The translations under genes were made by a program, and so were the position numbers. Below are positions 1 through 9,204 of a stretch of DNA of 64,000 nucleotides, in pieces. Position 1 is the first letter of the stretch; every line of letters begins with the position of its first letter. The DNA is from Myxococcales bacterium (GTDB lineage Bacteria; Myxococcota; UBA727; VGSZ01), in assembly GCA_023248635.1 (NCBI GenBank), contig JAHFED010000015.1, forward strand, positions 25,177 to 89,176, written 5' to 3'. The notes below the pieces were generated by a model. That model saw only the letters and a program-made list of their open reading frames with translations, was not told the DNA's origin and made no database searches.

Positions 1-2
1 GC

Positions 3-209
3 GTGCGCCACGCCGTCGCCACTCTTTCGGCCGAGCAGCGCGCCGTCGTCGACCTCGCCTATTTCGCCGGCCTCTCGACCCTCGAAATCGGCGAGCAACT
101 CGGCATCCCCCAAGGCACGGTGAAGTCCCGCCTCTTTGCCGCCCGCGAAAAGCTCGCGCCCGCGCTGCGCGACGTCGACACGCCCCTGAAACCGGGGGGG
201 GCGCCGTGA
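3..209 (+). CDS. ECF (sigma-70 family) RNA polymerase sigma factor, C-terminal region 4 only; 5' end lies outside the window
   Basis: The translation ...LSAEQRAVVDLAYFAGLSTLEIGEQLGIPQGTVKSRLFAAREKL is a typical sigma-70 region 4 helix-turn-helix. Its stop overlaps the next gene as GTGA, which indicates translational coupling. Confidence 0.8.
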   Translation: MRHAVATLSAEQRAVVDLAYFAGLSTLEIGEQLGIPQGTVKSRLFAAREKLAPALRDVDTPLKPGGAP

Positions 210-745
210 CCCAGGACCGCGACGACGTCGACGTCGACGTCGACCTGCTGGTGTTGCTGGTCGACCCGGTCGCTCCCCGGCCGCAGACGAAGCAGGCATT
301 GCTACAGGCCCTCGCAGGCCCCTGGTACGCCCCCTTCGTGCGCCGCGTGGCGGAGCTCTGTGAGATCCCGGCCGCCGCCGCCGAGCAGCTCCTGGCTGCC
401 GTCGACGACATCAGCCGGTGGGTGCCGGGTCCAGCCTCGGGCGTGCAAGCCTTCCACATCGACGCCGGAGCCGGGCTGGAGGACGCCGTCGTCGGCCTCA
501 TTCGCATCGCGCCCTTGGCTCTTTTCCCCGCCCACGAGCACATCGGCGCCGAAGACGCGTTGGTTTTGCAGGGGGGCTTCAGGGCCGGCGACGTCGACGT
601 GCGCGCGGGCTGCGAGCTGCTGATGCCAGCGGGATCGCAGCACGAGCTCCGGGCCCTCGCCGAAGGATGCCTCTATCTCGGCGTCGTCAGAGGAGGCCTG
701 CGCTTCGCCGACGTCGTCGTCGGCCCCGAGGATCCGCGCTTCTGA
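206..745 (+). CDS. Cupin-domain putative anti-sigma factor (ChrR-like)
   Basis: It is translationally coupled to the upstream ECF sigma gene by a GTGA overlap. A cupin motif LFPAHEHIGAEDALVLQGG...SQHEL is present. The N-terminal zinc-binding anti-sigma motif is not obvious. Confidence 0.5.
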   Translation: MTQDRDDVDVDVDLLVLLVDPVAPRPQTKQALLQALAGPWYAPFVRRVAELCEIPAAAAEQLLAAVDDISRWVPGPASGVQAFHIDAGAGLEDAVVGLIRIAPLALFPAHEHIGAEDALVLQGGFRAGDVDVRAGCELLMPAGSQHELRALAEGCLYLGVVRGGLRFADVVVGPEDPRF

Positions 746-800
746 TCCCGCATCCCCTTGATGTCCGATCGCGGCTGCGGCGTTGTCGCCACGATGGCGG

Positions 801-1085
801 CTACTTCTTCTCGGGGACGAAGTCGGGTGGCGCCTGGCTGCCGTCGCCGAAAAAGAACTGCTCGCACTGCTGCTTCAAGAGGGTGCGCGCCGACTTGTCG
901 CTGAGGTCGATGCGGTATTCATTCATCAGCATCTTCTGGTGCTCGAGCCAGAGGCCCCAGCCCTCTTCGGAGACCTGCTCAAACAAGCGCTTGCCGAGGT
1001 CGCCGGGGAAAGGCGCCTTCTCGAGGCCAGCGGCTTCCTTCTTCAGCTTCACACAAGAGACCAGGCGCGTCGTCGTCATGGCCAT
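801..1085 (-). CDS. yggX: Fe(2+)-trafficking protein YggX
   Basis: This 94-aa protein carries the YggX signature ...FPGDLGKRLFEQVSEEGWGLWLEHQKMLMNEYRIDLSDKSARTLLKQQCEQFFFGDG. Confidence 0.85.
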   Translation of the reverse strand: MAMTTTRLVSCVKLKKEAAGLEKAPFPGDLGKRLFEQVSEEGWGLWLEHQKMLMNEYRIDLSDKSARTLLKQQCEQFFFGDGSQAPPDFVPEKK

Positions 1086-1143
1086 GGTCTAGTGCACTCC
1101 CGGCGCGGAGCAAGTCCCTGCTGGCGTCGACGAATTCAACACT

Positions 1144-1170
1144 AAAAAGAGGGCCAAAGGCCCTCTTTTT
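1144..1170. terminator. Bidirectional Rho-independent terminator (AAAAAGAGGGCC-AAA-GGCCCTCTTTTT)
   Basis: A perfect 8-bp GC-rich stem with a 3-nt loop is flanked by A5 and T5 runs. It sits between the rpsD stop (1192) and the yggX start (1085) on the minus strand. Confidence 0.75.
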
Positions 1171-1191
1171 AGTGTCAAAGTGATGCCGAGA

Positions 1192-1806
1192 TCACTTGCC
1201 GGAGTAGTACTCAACGATCAACTGAGGATCAACATCAACAGGGACAGAATCTCGTTCGGGGATCATCTTGACGTTGACGACGCCGCCGTCGCTGACCTCG
1301 AGATAATCCGGAACTTTGAGATTGTTGGGATCCTTGATTGCCTCGGCAATCTTCGCCTTCATTTTGCTGGTTTCACGCAAGGTGATGACATTGCCGGCTC
1401 GCACCTGGAAGCTGGCAATGTCGACCTTCTTGCCGTTCACGGTGACGTGACCGTGCATCACGATCTGACGGGCCGCAGCCATCGAGGGCGCAAAGCCGGC
1501 GCGAAAGACGACGTTGTCGAGGCGGCGCTCGAGGAGCGAGAGGAGCATGTGGCCGGAGTTGCCCTTGCCGGCGAAGGCCTGGGCGACGTAGCGGCGCAGC
1601 TGGCGCTCGGAGAGGCCGTAGTGGAAGCGCAGCTTCTGCTTCTCCATCAGGCGCAGGGCGTAGTCCGAGAGCTTCTTGCGCTTGGTGGGGCCGTGCTGCC
1701 CGGGTGGGTAGGGGCGGCGCAGATCGGGATCGGTGCGCATCAAGCCCGGCAGGGGGGTGCCGAGGCGGCGGATGATTCTCAGTCGCGGACCAGTGTAGCG
1801 AGCCAT
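1192..1806 (-). CDS. rpsD: 30S ribosomal protein S4
   Basis: This 204-aa protein begins MARYTGPRLRIIRRLG and shows S4 conservation throughout (...LSERQLRRYV..., RLDNVVFRAGFA, S4 RNA-binding domain). The gene is monocistronic here. Confidence 0.95.
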   Translation of the reverse strand: MARYTGPRLRIIRRLGTPLPGLMRTDPDLRRPYPPGQHGPTKRKKLSDYALRLMEKQKLRFHYGLSERQLRRYVAQAFAGKGNSGHMLLSLLERRLDNVVFRAGFAPSMAAARQIVMHGHVTVNGKKVDIASFQVRAGNVITLRETSKMKAKIAEAIKDPNNLKVPDYLEVSDGGVVNVKMIPERDSVPVDVDPQLIVEYYSGK

Positions 1807-2006
1807 GAAACAGTTCCTTCGTCGTCGCTGTCGCCGTGGACCTTTGAAAAACTCGCTCCAACCGGAGCCAGCGGACCAGCGGCTTGTCTGGGGACAGCCA
1901 TCAAGACCCCGCAGCCGTAGCCAAACGTCGACGAGGGATCAACGCCTCATTGCTCAGGCGGCCAAATCCCAGTGACGTCGTCGCCCCCCCGTGTCATGCA
2001 GAAACG

Positions 2007-2732
2007 ATGAACGACGTCATCCACGTCCACGTCGCCGAGGCCGCCCAGGGTGTGGCGCCGTCGCTGTTTACGACCATCACCCACTCGGGGCCCGTCGCCT
2101 TCTTGGTCTTGCTGCTGCTGGTCGGCTTTTCCGTCGCCAGCTGGGCCATCATCATCGTGAAGTTCATGGCCATCCGCACCTCGCAGAACAGCTCCGTCGA
2201 GTTCCTCGAGCACTTCTGGCAGTCCAAGCGCCTCGACGAGATCTTCGCCCGCACCGAGCAGTCGCCGGCGTCGCCGCTCGCTCAGGTCTTTCGCGCGGGC
2301 TATCAGGAGCTCGTCAAGGTCAAGCAGCGAGAAGCCGCGGCGGCCGAAAAGGGCAAAGACCAGATCGGTGGCGGCGTCGAAAACGTCGAACGCGCCCTGC
2401 GCCGCGCTGCCCTCGCTGAGATGACCGAGCTTGAGCGCTTGATTCCCTTTTTGGCCACCGTCGGCAGCACCGCGCCCTTCATTGGCCTCTTTGGCACCGT
2501 CGTCGGCATCATGAAGAGCTTTGGCGAGATCGGCGCCAAAGGGTCGGCCAACCTCGCCACCGTCGCCCCCGGCATCGCCGAAGCCCTCATCGCCACCGCC
2601 GCCGGCCTGCTCGCCGCCATCCCCGCCGTCATCGCCTTCAACTCCTTTGGCAGTCGCATCAAGGTGCTGGGCGCCGAGATGGAGTCTTTCAGTAGTGACT
2701 TCATGAACATCGTACGACGCCACTTCTTTTAG
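2007..2732 (+). CDS. MotA/TolQ/ExbB family proton-channel protein
   Basis: Three TM segments and the conserved C-terminal ...LATVGSTAPFIGLFGTVVGIMKSFGEIG...VAPGIAEALIATAAGLLAAIPAVIAFN motif are present. I chose the start at MNDVIHV (ATG 2007) rather than the upstream ORF start. No ExbD/TolR-like partner follows. Confidence 0.8.
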   Translation: MNDVIHVHVAEAAQGVAPSLFTTITHSGPVAFLVLLLLVGFSVASWAIIIVKFMAIRTSQNSSVEFLEHFWQSKRLDEIFARTEQSPASPLAQVFRAGYQELVKVKQREAAAAEKGKDQIGGGVENVERALRRAALAEMTELERLIPFLATVGSTAPFIGLFGTVVGIMKSFGEIGAKGSANLATVAPGIAEALIATAAGLLAAIPAVIAFNSFGSRIKVLGAEMESFSSDFMNIVRRHFF

Positions 2733-2811
2733 AGCCTTACGCTCGTCTCAGCCGCCATCGAGACCAAAGCAAGAACGCATCAATCCATATAAACACCGCA
2801 TTGGTTGAGCG

Positions 2812-3231
2812 ATGAACCAGAAACTCATGTACGTTGAGCGCAAGAGTGGCGGCCATCGCGGCTGCGCATGGATCGGTTTGGTGTCCTTCTCGAGGACCGG
2901 CGCCACGCTCTTCTTCAACGGGCGCGCCCATCGAAGCCTCAAGGGGTCAGGAATCTCTGGAAACTACGCCGACATTGAGACTGGTGAAGAGTTCTGGATC
3001 TCGGGCGTGAAGAAGCGCGGCACGAACCGACACCAGTTTGGTGGCGGCGCCGTCTTCGTCGATCGCGCTGCGGTATCTGCGTTGCTCCAGAAGCTGGCAA
3101 CGTCGGCACTCGACCCTGCGTCGTTCGTCGTTTCCGATGCAGAGGATACCACCGCGAGACGGATTTCACTCCACCACAAGGAGAACGAGCCGATCACCCA
3201 GAAGCGCCGATCAAAACCCGTACAGCGCTAA
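2812..3231 (+). CDS. Hypothetical protein (139 aa) in a low-GC islet
   Basis: The ORF has diverse amino-acid composition (W, Y, F, K, N, H present) and lies in a region with clearly lower GC than its surroundings. It is followed by the AGTCTGT-CT-ACAGACT hairpin at 3261-3277. I found no recognisable domain. Confidence 0.45.
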   Translation: MNQKLMYVERKSGGHRGCAWIGLVSFSRTGATLFFNGRAHRSLKGSGISGNYADIETGEEFWISGVKKRGTNRHQFGGGAVFVDRAAVSALLQKLATSALDPASFVVSDAEDTTARRISLHHKENEPITQKRRSKPVQR

Positions 3232-3313
3232 GACTTTAGAACAAAAAGTCCATCGAAGACAGTCTGTCTACAGACTTATAATTATCACGTCGTCTCGACC
3301 TGAATCGCGAGAG

Positions 3314-5947
3314 TTACCGTGGACTCGAACTGACGATGGGCTGGGCATGCTTGTCGAAGCGCAGCATCCGATCGTCGAGCAGCAGGGTGATGACGTCGAC
3401 GCGATCCTTGGGAAAGGCCATGGTCGCGACGCGGGCGGCGATGGTGGCGTCGTCGAGCTGGTTGTAATGACCATTGTTGCGCAGGTCGAGGTGCACGATG
3501 CCCTTCATGCCCGCTGGCGCGCCGCTGACGGGTCCGCTCGAGCCGTCGAAGCCCTTGAGCTGTTCGGCTGCTTTCTTCAGCGCCGGCGCCAGGTGGCGCG
3601 AGAGCACGCGCTTGTGTTGGTAGACGACGCCCTCGCTCAGATCGATGAGGTCACCGAGGCCCTGGGCGTGCTCTTCGACGGCGATCTTGTGACCCGCCGA
3701 GACCAGGTCCCAAGCGTCGCCGAGCATTGTGCAGTAGCCGTCGCCGGGCCCGCCGGGGGCTGCGATGCCCTGCAGCCAGGACTTGAGCGCATCGGGATTC
3801 TGCAGGTGTTTCGACGTCGCCAGCTCCGTGAAGCGTTCGAACACGACCTCTTGTTTAGGAGCCCAGCGGGCGGCGATGGCCAAGGCGTGGGCGCCGATGT
3901 TCTGGTACGCCGCCACCGGCGCACAGGCCCACAAGAAGCGAAAGGCCTGCGGTCCGGCGCCGTCGCGGACGAGGGCGGCGACGACGTCGGCGCCCACGCC
4001 GTGATCGAGGGCCCAGGCCACGTGGCGCAGATCGATGCCCCGGCCCTCGAGGACGCCGACGAGAGAGGGGTGCGCGCTCTTCAGCTCTTGCACGACGAAG
4101 GCGCGCGAGAGGGCGGGGTCGTGATCGATGCCCTTGCCGACGACGTTGCCGCCGCGGGGCGCGCCCTGCAGCCAACCTGCGAGCTGCTGCCCGGGGGGAT
4201 TCAACATCGTCGTCTTGTCGCCCTCAAAGAGCACCGGAGCGACGCTGCCAGCAGGGGTGGGGTCGACGTCGACGTGCTGCTGCGACGACGGCTTCGACAG
4301 CGCGGGTTGCAGCGCCCGCAGCGCCTCGGCGGGGTCGTCGGTGATGACCACCAGGTCGAGGTCTTCGGGGCTGATGGTGCGGCGCTCGGGGGCGAGCATC
4401 TTTTCCTTCAGCGCCGCAAAGATGGGGCCCCAATAGTCCTTGCCGATGAGGACGACGGGGATCTTGGGCAGGTGCCCGGTCTGCATTTGCGTGAGCACGG
4501 AGAAGACTTCGCCCAGGGTGTTGAGGCCGCCGGGGAGGGCGACGAAGGCCTGGCTGCGACGTCCCACGATCTCTTTGTGGGTGATCAGCTCGTCGACGCA
4601 TTGGTGCGTCTGCAGGTTGGGCAGATCCCGGGTGCCCTGCACCGCGCCGTGCAGCACGCCTTGAACGAGAGTGTCTTTGTCGGCGGCGGCGGCTCCATCG
4701 CAGACGGCAGCGGCGACGACGCCGGCGGAGCCCACGCGCAGGGGGATGCCCGCCTTCACCAATGAGCTCGCGAGCTCCTGGGCCACGCCCAAGGTGGGAT
4801 CGGCGTCGTCGAGGCGGCGTCCTCCCAGGAAGGTCACCGCGGGCGGCAGCCGATCGAGCACGTTGATGGACTCTTCGATCTCCTTGGCGAGTCTCTTGGC
4901 GCGGTCCAGCGGCGGACGCTCGAAGGCCAGGGTGGCAGAGGCGGCGTCGAAGTGCTGCAGCAAGGCCTTGGGATCGTCGGTGACCTTGAGCTTCTTCCAC
5001 TCGGCGGCGGGGATGAGCGCTCGGCCGCGCACAGCGACCTGCTCGATGGGATCGAGGATGGCCCGCCAGAAGTCGACGCCGACGGCGGCCAGGGGTTTGT
5101 GGAAGCGCCCCCCTTCGCCCAGGGCCATCACCTCGAACAGCTCATCGAGGGTGCCGACGCCGCCGGGAAACACCGCCACGCCCGCGCAGTTTTCGTAGAG
5201 CGCGAGCTTGCGGTAGGGAAAGAGCTTGGCCTCGGCGCCGACGTCGATGACCTCGCTCCACTCCTGCTCGAAGGGCAGGCGCACGCGAAAGCCCTGCGTC
5301 TGCTGGGCACAGGCCATGCCGGCGACCAGGGGGTGCAACGCCAGCTTCGCCGCCAACGCCGTCGCCGGAGCTGGCGCAGCGCTGAGCGCTGGCGGGGTGC
5401 TCGGGGCTGGCGAAGCGCTCGTCGGCCGGGTCGGGAGGTGCTGAAGCGCCTTTTTGTAGCCCTCGGGGCCGGCGGTCATGATGCCGGGCCCCGCACCGGT
5501 GCGCAGGGACTTTCCCTGGGTCGCAAGCAGCGCGCCGATCTGTTGGCTGATGGTGAAGTAGGGATCGGTGGGCTGGATGCGCGCGCCGCCGAAGAAGGTC
5601 ACCGCCGGCGGCAACTTCACCAAGAGCTCGAAGACGATCTGAATGTCGCTCAGCAGGGCCTCGCGCAGTTGCGAGGACTGCCAGGTGCGCAAGTCGAGGG
5701 CCGCACGCTTGCCAGGCTGCGGCTGGTACGCCGTCGACGAGGGCGAGGTCAGGGCGTGGGCGTCGAAGCGTTTGCCACTTCCGCTCACCGCATCGAGGCC
5801 CCCGCCGCTCGTCGGAGCGGGCCCAACGCTCGTCGTCGTCGGCGCCGCCGAATCAGCCGCCGGAGGTGGCGACGCAATCGTCGCACTCTTAGCCGGCCCT
5901 GGAATCACGACCTCGGAGCGAATCTTCACCACCCAAGTATCCGCCAA
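3314..5947 (-). CDS. Tandem LOG-family (TIGR00730-like, SLOG/PpnN-related) protein with a ~300-aa C-terminal domain of unknown function
   Basis: LOG/Rossmann motifs are duplicated: PPAVTFFGGAR...PGIM...FPGGVGTLDELFEVMAL appears once and PPAVTFLGGRR...LPGGLNTLGEVFSVL...VVLIGKDYW appears a second time. The N-terminal ~100 aa are low-complexity, so the true start may lie downstream. The opposite-strand ORF 3038..4765 looks like an antisense artefact. Confidence 0.7.
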   Translation of the reverse strand: MADTWVVKIRSEVVIPGPAKSATIASPPPAADSAAPTTTSVGPAPTSGGGLDAVSGSGKRFDAHALTSPSSTAYQPQPGKRAALDLRTWQSSQLREALLSDIQIVFELLVKLPPAVTFFGGARIQPTDPYFTISQQIGALLATQGKSLRTGAGPGIMTAGPEGYKKALQHLPTRPTSASPAPSTPPALSAAPAPATALAAKLALHPLVAGMACAQQTQGFRVRLPFEQEWSEVIDVGAEAKLFPYRKLALYENCAGVAVFPGGVGTLDELFEVMALGEGGRFHKPLAAVGVDFWRAILDPIEQVAVRGRALIPAAEWKKLKVTDDPKALLQHFDAASATLAFERPPLDRAKRLAKEIEESINVLDRLPPAVTFLGGRRLDDADPTLGVAQELASSLVKAGIPLRVGSAGVVAAAVCDGAAAADKDTLVQGVLHGAVQGTRDLPNLQTHQCVDELITHKEIVGRRSQAFVALPGGLNTLGEVFSVLTQMQTGHLPKIPVVLIGKDYWGPIFAALKEKMLAPERRTISPEDLDLVVITDDPAEALRALQPALSKPSSQQHVDVDPTPAGSVAPVLFEGDKTTMLNPPGQQLAGWLQGAPRGGNVVGKGIDHDPALSRAFVVQELKSAHPSLVGVLEGRGIDLRHVAWALDHGVGADVVAALVRDGAGPQAFRFLWACAPVAAYQNIGAHALAIAARWAPKQEVVFERFTELATSKHLQNPDALKSWLQGIAAPGGPGDGYCTMLGDAWDLVSAGHKIAVEEHAQGLGDLIDLSEGVVYQHKRVLSRHLAPALKKAAEQLKGFDGSSGPVSGAPAGMKGIVHLDLRNNGHYNQLDDATIAARVATMAFPKDRVDVITLLLDDRMLRFDKHAQPIVSSSPR

Positions 5948-6030
5948 CTGGGCTCTTTGGCGCAGCGAAACCCCGACGCGGTCATCGCACAGGGCTGGGC
6001 GCTCGACGACGGACCCGCTACACCGCTGTC

Positions 6031-6561
6031 ATGCTCGCGCTCGTCGTCCTCGTTGTGGCCAATCTCGGGCTGCCGGCCGCGAGGCCCAACGTCGCCCTGC
6101 CCCACACCCGCCTCGACGTCGTCGCCTTCTCCGACGACGGCACCTTTGCGCTGCTCGAAGAGACAACGCGCATTGGTCCGACCCTGCAGCAGACCTTCCT
6201 GATCGTCGATCAAAACGGCACCTCCGAGCGCCTTCCCGTGTCTTTGCGCTTCGCGGGCCTCGGCCGCGACGGTGTCGACCATGAGGTATGCACAGCGAGC
6301 GCCGAACGTCTGGCGTCGATGGCCAAGGATCTGCGCGGGGTCTCGGTGCGCATTGGGCTGTGTGGGTCGATGCGGCGCGACATCGTCGACGTCATGGGTG
6401 CGCCGCGTCCAGCGCTCCTGTCGAAGAAGACGGCGGCCTTTCACCAGCAGGTTGGCTTCGCGGGACGGGTGTTTTTGGCGCCCACAGGGCCCTTGGTGCT
6501 GGTCGTCGGTGTCGACGAGCTCGGCAACGACCGCCTCGGAACCGCGGTGCAGGACGACTAG
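6031..6561 (+). CDS. Hypothetical exported protein
   Basis: It has an N-terminal hydrophobic signal-like segment MLALVVLVVANLGLPAA and a non-repetitive composition. It ends 5 nt before the DUF1178 gene. Confidence 0.45.
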   Translation: MLALVVLVVANLGLPAARPNVALPHTRLDVVAFSDDGTFALLEETTRIGPTLQQTFLIVDQNGTSERLPVSLRFAGLGRDGVDHEVCTASAERLASMAKDLRGVSVRIGLCGSMRRDIVDVMGAPRPALLSKKTAAFHQQVGFAGRVFLAPTGPLVLVVGVDELGNDRLGTAVQDD

Positions 6562-6565
6562 ACCC

Positions 6566-7021
6566 ATGTTCATCGTCGATCTTATCTGCGGTGCTGGCCA
6601 CCTCTTTGAGGGCTGGTACGACAACAAAGACGCCTTCGACGACGCTCGTGAGGCAGCAGCTCTCAGTTGTCCGCTTTGCAGCGACGCCAACGTCGAACAG
6701 CGCCCCAGTTTCCGCGGCATCGTCCGCCGCGCGCCCGCCCCGAAGCGCCCTGCAGACACGCCCAGCGCCGTGTCAGCGACGCCGACGCCGACGCCGTTGT
6801 CCCTGGAGCTGCAACGGAAACTGTCGGCGCTGCTGAAGCTGGTGAAAGCCCACACCCAAGACGCCGGCGACGCCTTCGCCACCCGCGCCCTCGCCATGCA
6901 CAAGGGCGACGCGGAGCCTGTCCCCATCCACGGCACCTCGACGCCGGAGGAGCAGCAGACCTTGCGCGACGAAGGTGTGCCCTTCGGGCTCATCCCGGTG
7001 CCCGACATCGATCAGAACTGA
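6566..7021 (+). CDS. DUF1178-family zinc-ribbon protein
   Basis: It starts MFIVDLICGAGHLFEGWY... with a CxxC pair (CPLC), which is typical of DUF1178. The upstream part of the six-frame ORF (6272-6565) is not coding. Confidence 0.6.
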   Translation: MFIVDLICGAGHLFEGWYDNKDAFDDAREAAALSCPLCSDANVEQRPSFRGIVRRAPAPKRPADTPSAVSATPTPTPLSLELQRKLSALLKLVKAHTQDAGDAFATRALAMHKGDAEPVPIHGTSTPEEQQTLRDEGVPFGLIPVPDIDQN

Positions 7022-7056
7022 TCGGGAGACGCGGCGGCGACGACGATCTCAAGGCG

Positions 7057-8514
7057 TCAGCTGCAGAGTTGCTCGTAGAGCTCGACGTAGCGGCCCACGC
7101 GGTGCTTCCATCCCAATGGCAGACCCATGCCGTTGCGCTGGATGGTGCGCCAACGCGCGCGATCGGCGCCCGTGCCGCTGCCCCAGACCTCGAGCGCGCG
7201 GCGCAGCGCCCAGCTCAGGCCAGCGTCGTCGAAGTGCTCAAAGACGAAGCCCGTGCCCTGCTGGGTCTTGGCGTCGAAATTCCACACGGTGTCGGCGAGG
7301 CCACCGGTCTTGTGCACCACCGGCACCGTGCCGTAGCGCAAGCTGTACATCTGGTTGAGACCGCAGGGCTCGTAGCGCGAGGGCATCAAGAACAAGTCGG
7401 CGCCGGCTTCGATGAGATGGGCGCGAGCCTCGTTGAAGGCCGAGTCGTAAGCGACCTTGTGGGGGAAGGCCATCGCGAGGGTGCGAAAGAACTCCTCGTA
7501 AGCAGGCTCGCCTTTGCCGAGGACAACGAGCTGGCAGCGCTGGTGCCGCAAGAGCGAGGGCAACACGCGCACGCAGAGGTCGAGGCCCTTTTGCCAGACC
7601 AAGCGCGACACCAATCCAAAGACGGGAACCTCGGGCCGGTAGGGCAGGCGCACCGACGCCATCAGCGCTTGCTTGCACACCTCTTTGCCGTCGAGGTCGT
7701 CGGCGGAGAAGGCCTGGGGGATGTGATGGTCGGCGGCGGGGTTCCACTCGTTTTCGTCGATGCCGTTGAGGATGCCCGTCAACACATCCCGGCGCGCGCG
7801 CAGCACGGGATCGAGGCGCAGTCCCTGCTCGGGGGTCTGGATTTCTTTGGCGTAGGTGGGGCTGACGGTGGTGATGGCGTCGGCGTGCAGCAGCCCCGTC
7901 AGCAGATAGCCGAGGCGGCCCGCGCGCAGCTCGTCTTGGTGAAAGAGATGGGCCGAATCCCCCAGGCCAGTCTCAGGCAACACCTCGGCCGGGAAGGTCC
8001 CCTGGTGTCCCAGGTTGTGCAGCGTGATCACGGTCTTGGTGCGCGCGAACAAGCGATCCCAGGCGAAGCGCGTCTTCAGCAGCAGCGGCACCAGCGCCGT
8101 CTGCCAATCGTTGACGTGCAGGATGTCTGGGGAAAAGCCGGTGTGCTGGCAGGCCTTGAACGCAGCCCAAGACAGAACCGCAAAGCGCAGATGTTCGTCG
8201 GGGGAAGAGCCGTAGAGCGAAGGTCGGTCAAAGAGAGGCGGACAACGCACGAAGTACACGGGCATGCGCGTGCCCGGCATAGGTGCGGTGTGCAGCGACA
8301 CGCGCACGGTGTGACGACCCAAGGACAGCGCGACGTCGTCGGCGACCTCGCTGAACACCACGCCGGGCAGCCGCACGCGCGGGTACATCGGCATCACCAC
8401 CCTGACGTCGTGACCCAAAGCACCGAGCTGACGGGGCAGGGCGGCGGAGACGTCACCGAGACCTCCGCTCTTGGCGAAGGGTGCGACTTCGGACGAGACA
8501 AAAAGCACGTTCAT
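7057..8514 (-). CDS. glgA: Glycogen synthase (ADP-glucose transglucosylase), GT5
   Basis: MNVLFVSSEVAPFAKSGGLGDV... contains the KxGGL motif. The 485-aa length and overall conservation fit GlgA. Confidence 0.95.
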   Translation of the reverse strand: MNVLFVSSEVAPFAKSGGLGDVSAALPRQLGALGHDVRVVMPMYPRVRLPGVVFSEVADDVALSLGRHTVRVSLHTAPMPGTRMPVYFVRCPPLFDRPSLYGSSPDEHLRFAVLSWAAFKACQHTGFSPDILHVNDWQTALVPLLLKTRFAWDRLFARTKTVITLHNLGHQGTFPAEVLPETGLGDSAHLFHQDELRAGRLGYLLTGLLHADAITTVSPTYAKEIQTPEQGLRLDPVLRARRDVLTGILNGIDENEWNPAADHHIPQAFSADDLDGKEVCKQALMASVRLPYRPEVPVFGLVSRLVWQKGLDLCVRVLPSLLRHQRCQLVVLGKGEPAYEEFFRTLAMAFPHKVAYDSAFNEARAHLIEAGADLFLMPSRYEPCGLNQMYSLRYGTVPVVHKTGGLADTVWNFDAKTQQGTGFVFEHFDDAGLSWALRRALEVWGSGTGADRARWRTIQRNGMGLPLGWKHRVGRYVELYEQLCS

Positions 8515-8576
8515 CGGTCCGCACGATAGCGGGGGAAAACGACAAGAGTGTGTCGATCGCGAACCAATGTTCGCCG

Positions 8577-9047
8577 TCAGACGATCGGCATGCAGTCCAA
8601 GATGGCCTCCTCGAGCTGGTCGACGTCGACGGGCTTGTCGAAGAAGCGGGTGCGTGGAACGCGGGCGATGCGGGCCCGCAGCGCCGGGTCTCCGAAGGCC
8701 GAGATCATGATGATCGGCGTCAGCATGCCGGCGTTGCGCAGGCCGACGACGACGTTGAGCGTGTTGAAGCCCGGCATGCGCACGTCAGTGACGATGACGT
8801 CGGGGGCGCTGCCCGGTTTGGCCACCATGCTGTCGGCGAGCACCTCGAGCAGCTCGAAGCCGTTGCGCACCGTCGAGACCACGAAGCCGTCGCGCTCAAA
8901 GAGGGCAGCCAAAGAAGAGCGCAGGTCGTCGTCGTCTTCGGCGAGCAAGACCCGCGGTCGGTGGCTGGGCCATGTGTCCAGATGGAGGCAGCCTTCGTCG
9001 TCGTCGACGGGGGGATCGAGGGGGATGGACGAGTGGTGGCGTTGCAT
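8577..9047 (-). CDS. Single-domain response regulator (receiver only)
   Basis: RVLLAEDDDDLR...VIVTDVRMPGF...IIMISAFGD...KPVDVDQL is a REC domain. It is paralogous to the RECs at 12339-12773 and at the C-terminus of the sigma-54 activator. Confidence 0.8.
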   Translation of the reverse strand: MQRHHSSIPLDPPVDDDEGCLHLDTWPSHRPRVLLAEDDDDLRSSLAALFERDGFVVSTVRNGFELLEVLADSMVAKPGSAPDVIVTDVRMPGFNTLNVVVGLRNAGMLTPIIMISAFGDPALRARIARVPRTRFFDKPVDVDQLEEAILDCMPIV

Positions 9048-9204
9048 GTTGACGCTCCTGTGGTGGTGGCGTCATCGTCGACTCAAGGCCCGTGCCGCGC
9101 TCAGCCCTCTTCGGGGTCGGCGCGCTGCTGTTGACGTCGATGGAGACGCAATCGGTGCGCGCAGGCCGCCGGAGAAGCGCAACATCTGCGGATCGTGGGG
9201 CCGC

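Noticed and set aside
218-242. (GACGTC)n / GTCGAC hexamer runs recurring throughout the window
   Set aside because: These reflect Asp-Val codon pairs (DVDVD) that are frequent in this organism's proteins and a general codon bias. They are not a discrete repeat element.
3290-3330. tRNA-like T-arm motif (GTGGACTCGAAC)
   Set aside because: No acceptor stem or anticodon arm could be assembled around it. It lies at the 3' end of the LOG-protein gene.
3038-4765. 575-aa plus-strand ORF
   Set aside because: It is antisense to the LOG-domain gene. Its composition (Ala/Gly/Asp/Arg/Val-dominated with no recognisable motifs) is typical of reverse-frame ORFs in 70% GC DNA.
5926-7008. 360-aa minus-strand ORF and the 6272-6565 portion of the 249-aa plus ORF
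   Set aside because: The composition is Ser/Arg/Ala/Gly-rich with no structure. The region is better explained by the two plus-strand genes 6031-6561 and 6566-7021.
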